The notes below the pieces were generated by a model. The model worked only from the letters and a program-made list of their open reading frames with translations, ran no database searches and was not told the DNA's origin. This document shows positions 31,749 through 40,738 of a stretch of DNA of 64,000 nucleotides, in pieces. The stretch comes from Alphaproteobacteria bacterium (GTDB lineage: Bacteria > Pseudomonadota > Alphaproteobacteria > MPNO01), in contig OZ219865.1 in NCBI GenBank assembly GCA_964291675.2, forward strand, positions 96,001 to 160,000, written 5' to 3'. Position numbers and translations under genes: made by a program. The stretch's first letter is position 1; each line of letters begins with the position of its first letter.

Positions 31749-32981
31749 ATGTCGCTGCTCGACTGGAATCCGCAAGACTTCAGCGAGATTCCCTATGCCT
31801 TCTACTCGGACGAGGGCGTCCACCGCCTGGAGTCCGAACGGGTGTTCCAGGGCGAGACCTGGAACTTTCTCGCGCTCGACTGCGAGATCCCGAATGCCGG
31901 CGACTACAAGACGACGATGGTCGGCGAAGTCCCGGTCGTCGCGGTGCGCGACGAGACCGGCGCGGTCAACGCGATGGTCAATCGCTGCGCCCACCGGGGC
32001 AACCTGGTCTGCATCGAGGAGACCGGCAACGCCGAGCGGCTGACCTGCGTCTACCACAACTGGACCTACGATCTCGAGGGCAGGCTCGCGAGCATCGCCT
32101 TCGAGCGCGGCATCCGCGGCAAGGGCGGCATGGCGGCGGATTTCGACCGCGCGAGCCACGGCCTCCAGCGCCTCCGCGTGGAGACCCGCAACGGGCTCGT
32201 ATTCGGCACGTTCTCCGCGACCGCGCCCGCGCTCGCCGACTATCTGGGCCCGGAGATGCGCGCCAATCTCGACCGCGTGCTGGGCCGCGAGATGGAGATC
32301 CTGGGCCGCTTCCGGCACCGGCTCGACGGCAACTGGAAGCTCTATGTCGAGAACGTGCGCGACACCTATCACGCGACGCTGCTGCACGCCTTCTTCCCGA
32401 CCTTCGGGCTGGTGCGCCTGTCGATGAAGGGCGGGATCGAGCTCAGCGAGGGCGGGCTGCACCATTTGACCTATTCGATCGGCGCCTCGGACCGGCCGGA
32501 GTCGCAGTACAACGCCCGCGACCTGCGCGCGGTGAAGGAGGGGTTTTCGCTCGACGCGCCGGAACTCCTCGACTCGTGGCCGGAATACGAATGCGGCACC
32601 ACGCTCGCGATCCAGAGCATCTTTCCCAACTTCTCCGTGCAGCAGCTCTCCAACGTCATCACCGTGCGGCTGATCGTCCCGCGCGGGCCCGACGAGAGCC
32701 TGCTCACCTGGTGGGTTCTCGGCGCCGTGGACGATACCCCGGAACAGCGCGCGATGCGGCTCCGCCAGTCCAACCTGGTCGGGCCCGGCGGCTATATCGC
32801 GATGGAGGACGGCGCCGTGGTCGGCTGGGTGCGCCGCGGCATCGCCGGCGCCGGCGACCGGAGCTCGGTGCTGGCGATGGGCGGCCGCGATGTCGCACGC
32901 GGCTCCGACAGCCGCTGCAACGAGCTTTCCGTGCGCGGCTTCTGGCAGGGCTGGCACGGGCTGATGCGGGGCCCTCGCTAA
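31749..32981 (+). CDS. Rieske aromatic ring-hydroxylating oxygenase alpha subunit (salicylate/anthranilate hydroxylase-like)
   Basis: Rieske motif NRCAHRG...CVYHNWTY, mononuclear Fe motif ENVRDTYHATLLH, and SNLVGPGGYIAMED. Confidence 0.92.
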   Translation: MSLLDWNPQDFSEIPYAFYSDEGVHRLESERVFQGETWNFLALDCEIPNAGDYKTTMVGEVPVVAVRDETGAVNAMVNRCAHRGNLVCIEETGNAERLTCVYHNWTYDLEGRLASIAFERGIRGKGGMAADFDRASHGLQRLRVETRNGLVFGTFSATAPALADYLGPEMRANLDRVLGREMEILGRFRHRLDGNWKLYVENVRDTYHATLLHAFFPTFGLVRLSMKGGIELSEGGLHHLTYSIGASDRPESQYNARDLRAVKEGFSLDAPELLDSWPEYECGTTLAIQSIFPNFSVQQLSNVITVRLIVPRGPDESLLTWWVLGAVDDTPEQRAMRLRQSNLVGPGGYIAMEDGAVVGWVRRGIAGAGDRSSVLAMGGRDVARGSDSRCNELSVRGFWQGWHGLMRGPR

Positions 32982-33399
32982 CCCGGCAGGTCGACCGGCC
33001 AGCGGGGCGCGACCTCGGTCCACTCGTCGTCGGCTTCGGCGGGCCAGGGCGGCATGGTGACCGCGAAGGCGGCGAGCGGCGCGTCCCCGGTCGCGCGGAA
33101 CTGGAACGACGTCCCCACCGGGATCGTCAGGCAGATCCCGGGCGTGAGTGCCGCAGTCCCCGGTCGCGCGGAATTTCTTCCCGCTCGCCGTCGCGCCGCC
33201 ACATCTCGCCCTGCCCGGCGACGATGTACCAGATCTCCTCGACCGTGCGGTGGCGCCCGGCGCGCGAGACCGCGCCCGGGGCGAGGCGGAAATGCGCCGC
33301 GCTGCCGCCGCCGAGCCCGGCCAGCACCCGCACCTCCGAGCCGTCGGGCGCGATGGCGTCCGGCTCGGCGGGGAGCGGCCGGGTGGCGAAGCCGGGCAT
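32978..33399 (-). pseudogene. Cupin domain protein, frameshifted near 33157-33171
   Basis: The N-half (APDGSEVRVL...HRTVEEIWY...MWRR..EEI) and C-half (ALTPGICLTIPVGTSFQFR...TMPPWP) are in different frames, separated by about 14 extra bases. Confidence 0.75.
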
Positions 33400-33410
33400 C
33401 GGGCCGGCGC

Positions 33411-34103
33411 TCAGCGCTTGCGGTACTGCTCGGCGCCGAACAGGTTGGACCAGTCCTCGGCGCTCCAGCTCCGCCGGTCGGCGGTGTCGGTGAGCCGCTC
33501 CATGTCGCGCGCGACGGCGGGCCGGGCGGAGATCGTCCCGAACCAGCGCAGCACGTTGGGGTGGTCCTCCAGCGCCTGCCCCTGGCGGCCGTGCAGCCGG
33601 CACCAGGGGAAGATCGCCATGTCGGCGATGGTGTACTCGCCGGCGACGAACTCGGCCTCGCCCAGCCGCCGGTCGAGCACCTGGTAGAGCCGGCGCGCCT
33701 CGTTGGTGTAGCGGTCGAAGGCGTAGTCGATCTTCTCCGGCGCATAGGCGCGGAAGTGATGCGCCTGGCCCAGCATCGGGCCGAAGCTCGCCATCTGCCA
33801 CATCAGCCACTGCATCGTCTCCAGGCGCGCGCGGGGCTCTTCGGGCAGGAACCGGCCGGTCTTCTCGGCGAGGTAGAGCAGGATCGCCCCCGATTCGAAG
33901 ACCGCGATCGGCTTCCCGTCCGGCCCGTCGTCGTCGGCGAGCGCCGGGATCTTGTTGTTCGGGCTGATGGCGAGGAACTTTGGGTCGAACTGGTCGCCCT
34001 TCTCCAGGTCGATCCAGTGCTCGTCATAGGCAAGCCCGGTCTCTTCCAGCATGATGTGGATCTTCTGGCCGTTGGGCGTGGCCGAGGTGTAGAGGTCGAT
34101 CAC
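33411..34103 (-). CDS. Glutathione S-transferase, YfcG/YghU (Nu class)
   Basis: TPNGQKI, ISPNNKIP, FESGAILLYLAEK, GPMLGQAHHF. Confidence 0.93.
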   Translation of the reverse strand: MIDLYTSATPNGQKIHIMLEETGLAYDEHWIDLEKGDQFDPKFLAISPNNKIPALADDDGPDGKPIAVFESGAILLYLAEKTGRFLPEEPRARLETMQWLMWQMASFGPMLGQAHHFRAYAPEKIDYAFDRYTNEARRLYQVLDRRLGEAEFVAGEYTIADMAIFPWCRLHGRQGQALEDHPNVLRWFGTISARPAVARDMERLTDTADRRSWSAEDWSNLFGAEQYRKR

Positions 34104-34185
34104 GTCGCGCTCCCCGCGGTTGTTCGGGACGGCGCAGAAAACCACAGTTCATCCGCGGCGGGAACAGGCGCGGGGGCGCAGGGTC

Positions 34186-34716
34186 TTGAGTGCGTGGATC
34201 TTCGGTTACGGCTCGCTGGTCTGGCGGCCCGATTTCCCCTATCTCGAACGCCGCACGGCGGCGATCGACGGCTGGGCGCGGCGCTTCTGGCAGGGCTCCA
34301 CCGACCACCGGGGCGTGCCGGGCGACCCCGGGCGGGTGGTCACGCTGGTGCGCGAGGCGGGGGCGCGGTGCTGGGGCCGGGCCTATCGCATCGGGGGAAG
34401 GGACGGCGAGGCGATCCTGGAGGGGCTCGCGTTTCGCGAGAAGGGCGGCTACGACCGGATCGTGCTCGACCTCCATTTCGCCGCCCCCGAGGCGCCGGCC
34501 CCGGGCTTCGTCTATTTCGCCAACCCGCAGAACCCCAACTGGCTCGGCCCGGCGCCGCTCGCCGATATCGCCCGCCAGGTGCGCCGCAGCCACGGGCCGA
34601 GCGGGGCCAATGTCGAGTACGTCCTGGAGCTGGCCGGCGCGCTGCGCGAGATGGAGGTCGAGGACGCCCACGTGTTCGCCCTCGCCGACCTCGTCAAAGG
34701 GGAGGGGGCACCCTAG
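34186..34716 (+). CDS. chaC: Glutathione-specific gamma-glutamylcyclotransferase ChaC
   Basis: [39 protein letters not shown]. Start codon uncertain (TTG). Confidence 0.9.
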   Translation: MSAWIFGYGSLVWRPDFPYLERRTAAIDGWARRFWQGSTDHRGVPGDPGRVVTLVREAGARCWGRAYRIGGRDGEAILEGLAFREKGGYDRIVLDLHFAAPEAPAPGFVYFANPQNPNWLGPAPLADIARQVRRSHGPSGANVEYVLELAGALREMEVEDAHVFALADLVKGEGAP

Positions 34717-34747
34717 ATTAGGACCGGGACCGAAAGGGAGGATTGCG

Positions 34748-35221
34748 ATGGCGAAGGCGATATTCGGCGCCGGCTGCTTCTGGGGCGTCGAGGAGGCCTA
34801 CCGGCAGGTCGAGGGCGTGACCGCGACCGCGGTCGGCTATGCCGGGGGCAGCGTCGACAACCCGACCTACGAGATGGTGTGCTCCGGCCGCACCGGCCAC
34901 GCCGAGGCGGTGCAGGTCGAGTTCGACCCCGGCAAGGTGAGCTACGAGGCGCTGCTAACACTGTTCTGGCAGGTGCACGACCCGACCCAGATCGACCGCC
35001 AGGGCCCCGATATCGGCACCCAGTACCGCAGCGTCATCTTCGCCTTGGACGCGGAGCAGGAGGAGGCCGCGCGGCGCTCGCTCGACGACGAGCAGGCGAG
35101 CGGCCGCCACCGCCGCGACATCGCGACGCGGATCGAGCCTGCCGCGACCTTCTGGATCGCCGAGGACTACCACCAGCAATACTTCGCCAAGCGCGGCCAC
35201 CGCCGCTTCGGCCTGTTCTAG
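34748..35221 (+). CDS. msrA: Peptide-methionine (S)-S-oxide reductase
   Basis: [37 protein letters not shown]. Confidence 0.96.
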   Translation: MAKAIFGAGCFWGVEEAYRQVEGVTATAVGYAGGSVDNPTYEMVCSGRTGHAEAVQVEFDPGKVSYEALLTLFWQVHDPTQIDRQGPDIGTQYRSVIFALDAEQEEAARRSLDDEQASGRHRRDIATRIEPAATFWIAEDYHQQYFAKRGHRRFGLF

Positions 35222-35417
35222 CGCTTCGCCCTTCGATAGGGGCTTATACCGAATACTTGACGGGCGGGGGCCGGGCGCCACGGGGACGGCGCGGCCGCGC
35301 GGCGCGATCTGCGGCGTGCCCGCCGGCGATCCCCGGCGTCGTGCCCGAGCGCCCGAACGCTCCCCATGCTTCCATGCTGCCCCACCTCGTGATGCTCCCC
35401 CCGTCATGCACCCCCCT

Positions 35418-35553
35418 CGTCATGCCCGGACTTGATCCGGGCACCCATGCAGCCTCTCGGCGCGCACAACGACCCGTGGGGGGGGGGGGTGGCGCCGGTG
35501 GGTGGCCGGATCAAGTCCGGCCATGGGTGCCCGGATCAAGTCCGGGCATGACG
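35418..35553. repeat. CGTC-REP cluster (three palindromes, with a G12 tract in the spacer)
   Basis: CGTCATGCCCGGACTTGATCCGGGCACCCA followed by two inverted copies ending CCGGGCATGACG. Confidence 0.9.
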
Positions 35554-35705
35554 GGTGGGGGAGTAGCGGGAGTGTCGGTGGAGTAACGGGGAGAAGGAGC
35601 GGGGGCCGGCCATGACGGTGAGAGTGGCGGCGCCGCGAGCGCCCTCCGGCGACGACTCGCGCGGCCGGTTCCTCTAGTATCCGCCCTCCACCGGGGAGGG
35701 CGCGC

Positions 35706-36893
35706 ATGGCGACCATGGCGAAGGACGTCGATATCGGCGCGGCGCTGATCGAGCGCGCGGATGCGCTGGCGCCCGCCCTGGCGGCGCGCGCCGAGAAGAC
35801 CGCCGCGCTCCGGCGCCTGCCGGACGAGACCTTCCATGCGCTCCGCGACTCCGACCTCCTCAAGGCGGCGCGCGCCGAACGTTTCGGCGGCTACGCGCTC
35901 GGCCTCGACGAGGTGCTCGAAATCGTCGTCCGGCTGGGCCGCGGCTGCGGCTCGACCGCCTGGGTCTACGGCATCTATTGCGACCACGCGATCACCGTCG
36001 GCATGTTCGAGCCCGATGCCCAGGACGAGGTCTGGGGCGACGACCCGGAAGCGGTGATCTCCTCCGGCCTGGCGCCGTCCGGCAAGGTCGAGCGCGTCCC
36101 CGGCGGCTACCGGGTCTGCGGGCGCTGGCAGTTCTCCAGCGGCTGCGATCATGCCGGCTGGGTGTTCGTCCAGAGCATGATCCCGCCGGCCGGAGACGGC
36201 GCGGGGCCGACGCCCGCCTATCTGCTGGTGCCGAGGAGCGACTGGGAGATCGACGACACCTGGTTCGTCACCGGGCTCGCCGGCACCGGCAGCAAGGACA
36301 TCGTGATCGGGAACGCCTTCGTGCCGCCGCACCGGGTGCAGCCGATCGCCCCGCTGAACGCCGGCGAGGGGCCGGGCGCGCGGGTCAACAAGGCGCCGAT
36401 CTACCGCCTGCCGCGCATCGCGACGGTGCCGTTCTCCCTGGTTGCGCCGGCCCTCGGCGTGGCGGACGCGATGATCGATGCCTTCGTCGAGCGGACTTCG
36501 GCGCGGGCGACCCGCGGGGTGCGCCATGCCGAGCTCACCACGGTGCAGCTCCGCCTCGCCGAGGCCGCCGCCGAGCGCGACTGCGCCCGGCTGCTGCTTT
36601 CGCGCGCGACCGCCGAGACCATGGCGGCGATGCGGAGCGCGGGCCGGCTCGGCCTCGAACAGCGCGCGCGCAACCGGCGCGACATGGCCTATATCGCGAC
36701 GCTGCTCACCCGCGCCGCCGAGCGCATCTACGGCGTCACCGGCGCGAGCGGGCTGTTCGACGGCAACCCGATGAAGCGCATGTTCCACGACATCCGCGCG
36801 GTCGCCGCCCACCACATCACCGCCTGGGACATCGCCGGCCCGACCTACGGCCAGGTCGCGCTCGGGCTGGAGCCGACCAACCCGCTGGTCTAG
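35706..36893 (+). CDS. Acyl-CoA dehydrogenase-fold flavin-dependent monooxygenase (HsaA/HpaH-like)
   Basis: CGSTAW, GRWQFSSGCDHA, DTWFVTGLAGTGSKDI, RMFHDI. Confidence 0.9.
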   Translation: MATMAKDVDIGAALIERADALAPALAARAEKTAALRRLPDETFHALRDSDLLKAARAERFGGYALGLDEVLEIVVRLGRGCGSTAWVYGIYCDHAITVGMFEPDAQDEVWGDDPEAVISSGLAPSGKVERVPGGYRVCGRWQFSSGCDHAGWVFVQSMIPPAGDGAGPTPAYLLVPRSDWEIDDTWFVTGLAGTGSKDIVIGNAFVPPHRVQPIAPLNAGEGPGARVNKAPIYRLPRIATVPFSLVAPALGVADAMIDAFVERTSARATRGVRHAELTTVQLRLAEAAAERDCARLLLSRATAETMAAMRSAGRLGLEQRARNRRDMAYIATLLTRAAERIYGVTGASGLFDGNPMKRMFHDIRAVAAHHITAWDIAGPTYGQVALGLEPTNPLV

Positions 36894-37486
36894 CCTGACC
36901 GCCCCTTCTCCAGCAGCGCGGCCTCGATCGGCACGCCGAGGCTCTCGTGGACGGTGTTGTACATCTTCCAGAAGCCGACCACGCAGGCGAGCTCGACGAC
37001 CTCTGGCGGGGTCAGCGCCGCGGCCAGGCGCTCAAGGATTTCCGGCGGCATGTTTGCCGCATCCAGCGTCGCCGCGCGGGCATAGGCGAAGCAGGCGCGC
37101 TCCACCGGGTCTTCCGGCTCGTAGCCCGGGTCGAGCAGGGCGTCGATGTCGCCTTCCGCGCAGCCCCAGCCCTCGCTCCCCCCGCCCCCGGCGGCGGCGA
37201 GCGTGTTGGCGTTATGCGCGACGCAATAGGCCGAGCGGTTGAGGGCGCTGCAGAACGCGGCGATGCGCCGCTTGAGCCCGCGGTCGAGATGGCTCGAGGG
37301 ATCGCGCATCACGGTGTCGTTGAGCCGGATCAGGCATTGCAGCAATTCCGGCCGGTGCATGTAGAGCTTGAGCGCGTTGGGCAGGAATCCCATGCGCGTC
37401 TCGTAGGCCGCGACGGCGGCGGCGAGGTCGCCCGGCAGGGCGGCGCGGTCGGCATAGGGGATCGGCGGGCGGGCTTCGTCGGTCAT
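36890..37486 (-). CDS. Carboxymuconolactone decarboxylase/AhpD-like protein
   Basis: MGFLPN, SALNRSAYCVAH (SxxC variant of the AhpD CxxC motif), VVELACVVGFWKMYN. Confidence 0.8.
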   Translation of the reverse strand: MTDEARPPIPYADRAALPGDLAAAVAAYETRMGFLPNALKLYMHRPELLQCLIRLNDTVMRDPSSHLDRGLKRRIAAFCSALNRSAYCVAHNANTLAAAGGGGSEGWGCAEGDIDALLDPGYEPEDPVERACFAYARAATLDAANMPPEILERLAAALTPPEVVELACVVGFWKMYNTVHESLGVPIEAALLEKGRSG

Positions 37487-37494
37487 GGCGCGCC

Positions 37495-38904
37495 TCACCC
37501 GAGATAGTCTTCGAGCTTCACCTTGCCCCAGTTGAGCGGGAAGGCCTCGCGGAAATCGTCGCCGCCGCGATGCGGCTTCGCGGTCGCGTCGATGCCGATC
37601 TTGCCGACCAGGCGGAACGGCTCGTGGCCGGCGAGCGGCGCGGCCGAGGGGTCGTAGGGCGAGCCCCGGGTGCCCGGCACCACGACGATGTCGCGCGCGG
37701 GGTCCACCCGCGTCGCCATCGCGCGGTAGACCGCGCCCGGGCTCTCGATGTCGGTGTCGGGGCTGATCGCCACCACCATCTTGGTGTTGAGCCAGGGCGC
37801 CCCCATGGCCTGCATCAGCGCGTCGTTGACGAAGCCCTCGCGCGGGTAGCTCACCTGCAGGATGCAGGAGACCGCCGCCCCCCAGCTCGGGAAGCGCACC
37901 TCGTGCACGGTGAGCCCGATCTCCGAGATCCGGTTGTACAGCACCGCCTCGTGGCAGAGCCTGGGCAGCGGCTGGTGGTCGGTCTCCGGCACCGTCTGGT
38001 GGTTGCGGTAGATCGGCCGGTCGCCGCGCATGGCGATCGCGGTCACGTCGATGCGCGGGATGTTCTGCTGCTGCGGCAGGAAATACATGGTGGGCGCGTT
38101 GACCCCGCCGGCCTCCTGCGTGCCCGTGAGGTCGACCAGCCCCTCGACGACGATCTCGGCATGGGCCGGCACGCGGAGCTCGACGGTCTCGCAGGGCACC
38201 ATGTCCACGTCCCGGCCCATGACCGTGCCCACCATCTCCAGCTCGCCCCAGAGATCCATGTGCATGCCGGAGAAATTGGCCATGATCTCGTAGGCCGGGT
38301 GGACCCCGAAGACCAGCGCGATCGGCATCTCGGTCCGGCCCATGGCGCGGTACTTGTCCATGATGATGTGGGTGTGCGGGGTGGCGAAGCTGATCCATCC
38401 GTGGCGCGGCCCGACCGGCGTGGTGCCGGCATGGGACGAGTTGTAGAACCCGGTCTCCGGGTCGCGCACGATGTTCATCGCCGAGATGTAGCGCTGGCCT
38501 TCCTCGGCCGAGTGGACCGGCACCGGCAGCTTCAGCCAGTCGACCTCCTCGCCGGTGCGCACGACCTCCTTGACCGGGCCGGTGGCGACGTCGACGAAGC
38601 CGCGCGGCGGCTCGCGCAGGCGCCGCGCCAGCGTCGGCAAGAAGTCCGCCTCGGCCACGCCGAGCGCGCGGCATTGCGACCAGCGGTGCTTGACCAGGAT
38701 GTCGCAGAGCCGGAAGCCGGGGTATTCGGCGATGTCCTCGAACAGGATCGGCCCCTCGGACTGGGCCGACAGCGCGCCGATATCGTCGATCGAGACCGGC
38801 TTTTCGATCACCGTCAGTATGTCGGCGTTGGTCTCCAGATAGCCGCGCAGATCGCAATCCAGCGCGCGGTTGGCGAGCTTGTGGGGGGACGCGGCGCCGG
38901 CCAT
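37495..38904 (-). CDS. UbiD family (de)carboxylase-like protein with atypical active site
   Basis: PILFEDI, LPVP, VRDPETGFYN, VPAHAEIVVEG, KMVVAISPDTDI, AMATRVDPARD, KIGIDAT. Confidence 0.9.
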   Translation of the reverse strand: MAGAASPHKLANRALDCDLRGYLETNADILTVIEKPVSIDDIGALSAQSEGPILFEDIAEYPGFRLCDILVKHRWSQCRALGVAEADFLPTLARRLREPPRGFVDVATGPVKEVVRTGEEVDWLKLPVPVHSAEEGQRYISAMNIVRDPETGFYNSSHAGTTPVGPRHGWISFATPHTHIIMDKYRAMGRTEMPIALVFGVHPAYEIMANFSGMHMDLWGELEMVGTVMGRDVDMVPCETVELRVPAHAEIVVEGLVDLTGTQEAGGVNAPTMYFLPQQQNIPRIDVTAIAMRGDRPIYRNHQTVPETDHQPLPRLCHEAVLYNRISEIGLTVHEVRFPSWGAAVSCILQVSYPREGFVNDALMQAMGAPWLNTKMVVAISPDTDIESPGAVYRAMATRVDPARDIVVVPGTRGSPYDPSAAPLAGHEPFRLVGKIGIDATAKPHRGGDDFREAFPLNWGKVKLEDYLG

Positions 38905-38969
38905 GGTCGCCTCCTGGGAGTTGCGGCGGCAGGATAGGCCGACGCGCCCGCCCGACCAACCGGGCCGGT

Positions 38970-39209
38970 CCTGCGATACGCCGCCCTTCGGGCGGCTACT
39001 CAGGATGAGGGGAAGGGTGAACGGCCAGCGAGAGATTCCCTCATCCTGAGTAGCGGCGAAGCCGCGTATCGAAGGACGGCCCCGCCTCGGCCCCAAGCCG
39101 TCATGCCCGGACTTGATCCGGGCACCCACTGGCGCCGCCACTTCTCCCTGCCGGGCGCGTCCCGGGCGGCGGGGCCGCATGGATGCCCGGAACAAGCCCG
39201 GCCATGACG
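38970..39209. repeat. Composite REP cluster (CTCATCCTGAG-family inverted pair plus CGTC-REP pair)
   Basis: 38970-39010 and 39039-39075 form one inverted pair; 39099-39128 and about 39179-39209 form a CGTC pair. Confidence 0.88.
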
Positions 39210-39269
39210 GGTGAAGTGACGCGGGGCGGGCTTTCCCGCCCGGGCGGGATTGGGCTAGCGTGCACGGCC

Positions 39270-40571
39270 ATGAAGCTCGGCATGTTCTACTGGCCCTGCG
39301 GCCACCACATGGCGGCCTGGCGGCATCCCGACGGGGTGGCCGATTCGGGCGCCAATATCGGCCACATCGTCGAGCTCGCGAAGCTCGCCGAGCGCGGCCT
39401 GTTCGACCTGTTCTTCATGGCCGATTCGGTGTCGTTCTGGCGCGGCGACCTCGAATCCATGACCCGCGATTCCTTCGGCGCCTGGATCGAGCCGTTCACC
39501 GTGATGTGCTCGCTCGCCCAGCACACCAGCCGGATCGGTCTGGTCTGCACCTCCACCACCACCTACGACCAGCCATACGCGCTCGCCCGGCGCTTCGCCT
39601 CGCTCGATGTCGCGAGCGGCGGGCGGGCGGGGTGGAACCTGATCACCTCGGCCAACAAGCTGGAGGCCGCGAGCTTCGGCCTCGACCGGCACCTGGAGAA
39701 GACCGAGCGCTACCGCCGCGCCCGCGAGTTCGCCCATGTGGTGCGCGGGTTGTGGAACTCCTGGGGCGAGGGGGTGTTCGTCCGCGACAAGGATTCGGGC
39801 CGCTATTTCGACGCGACCAGGCTGAACGTGCTGGAGCACGAGGGCGAGCATTTCCGGGTGCGCGGGCCGATCAACGTGCCGCCCTCGCCGCAGGGCGAGC
39901 CGGTGATGGTGCAGGCCGGCGCCTCCGACGACGGGCGACAGCTCGCCGCCGAGACCGCCGAGGTGATCTTTGGCGCGCAGCAGACCATCGAGGGGGCGCA
40001 AGCGTTTTATGCCGACGTGAAGGGCCGCATGGTTGCCTGCGGCCGCGACCCGGATTCGCTCAAAATCCTGCCCGGGCTCGCGGTCTGCGTGGCGCCGACG
40101 CAGGACGAGGCCGAGGACAGGTACGAGGCGCTGCAGGCGCTGATCGACCCGCTGGCCGGGATGCAGCTCTTGTCGCGGCGCATCGATTTCGACCTCACCG
40201 GCTACGACGTCGACGGCCCGCTGCCGGAGCTCCCGCCCAACAAGACGGTCTCGACAAGGGCGCAGCTCTTCGCCGAGATCGGGCGCCGCGAGAAGCTCAC
40301 CATCCGCGACCTCTACCGCCGCATCGCCGGCGCGCGCGGCCATTGCGAGATCGTCGGCACGCCCGAGCGCGTCGCCGACATGATGGAGCAGTGGGTGAGC
40401 GAGCGCGCCTGCGACGGCTTCAACATCATGCCGCCGGTCTTCCCCGCGAGCCTGGAGGACTTCGTCGACCTGGTAATCCCCGAGCTCCAGCGCCGCGGCC
40501 TCTACCGCACCGAGTACGAGGGCACGACGCTCCGCGAAAACCTCGGACTCACCCGCCCGCCCTGGCCGTAG
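39270..40571 (+). CDS. LLM-class flavin monooxygenase (NtaA/SnaA/DszA family)
   Basis: AAWRHP, AERGLFDLFFMAD, ARRFASLD..SGGRAGWN, QAGAS, ELQRRGLYRTEYEGTTLRENLGL. Confidence 0.94.
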   Translation: MKLGMFYWPCGHHMAAWRHPDGVADSGANIGHIVELAKLAERGLFDLFFMADSVSFWRGDLESMTRDSFGAWIEPFTVMCSLAQHTSRIGLVCTSTTTYDQPYALARRFASLDVASGGRAGWNLITSANKLEAASFGLDRHLEKTERYRRAREFAHVVRGLWNSWGEGVFVRDKDSGRYFDATRLNVLEHEGEHFRVRGPINVPPSPQGEPVMVQAGASDDGRQLAAETAEVIFGAQQTIEGAQAFYADVKGRMVACGRDPDSLKILPGLAVCVAPTQDEAEDRYEALQALIDPLAGMQLLSRRIDFDLTGYDVDGPLPELPPNKTVSTRAQLFAEIGRREKLTIRDLYRRIAGARGHCEIVGTPERVADMMEQWVSERACDGFNIMPPVFPASLEDFVDLVIPELQRRGLYRTEYEGTTLRENLGLTRPPWP

Positions 40572-40640
40572 GGGGGCTTGCGCGGACCCGACCGGTCCGC
40601 GGTCGCGGCCCTCGCGTCCTTCCTCAACGTTCCCTCCCCC

Positions 40641-40670
40641 CGTCATGGCCGGACTTGTTCCGGCCATCCA
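40641..40670. repeat. Single CGTC-REP
   Basis: CGTCATGGCCGGACTTGTTCCGGCCATCCA. Confidence 0.85.
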
Positions 40671-40680
40671 TGCCGCGCGC

Positions 40681-40728
40681 TTGACAACCACTATTTCCCA
40701 ACAATATTGTTGCCAACAATTTCGTTGG
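40681..40728 (+). promoter_or_regulatory. TTGACA promoter overlapped by tandem palindromic operators
   Basis: TTGACA at 40681, a perfect palindrome CAACAATATTGTTG at 40699-40712, and a second copy CCAACAATTTCGTTGG at 40713-40728. Confidence 0.7.
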
Positions 40729-40738
40729 GGAATCGGCC

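Noticed and set aside
35478-35489. G12 tract as a phase-variation switch
   Set aside because: It lies in a REP spacer, not in a CDS or recognisable promoter.
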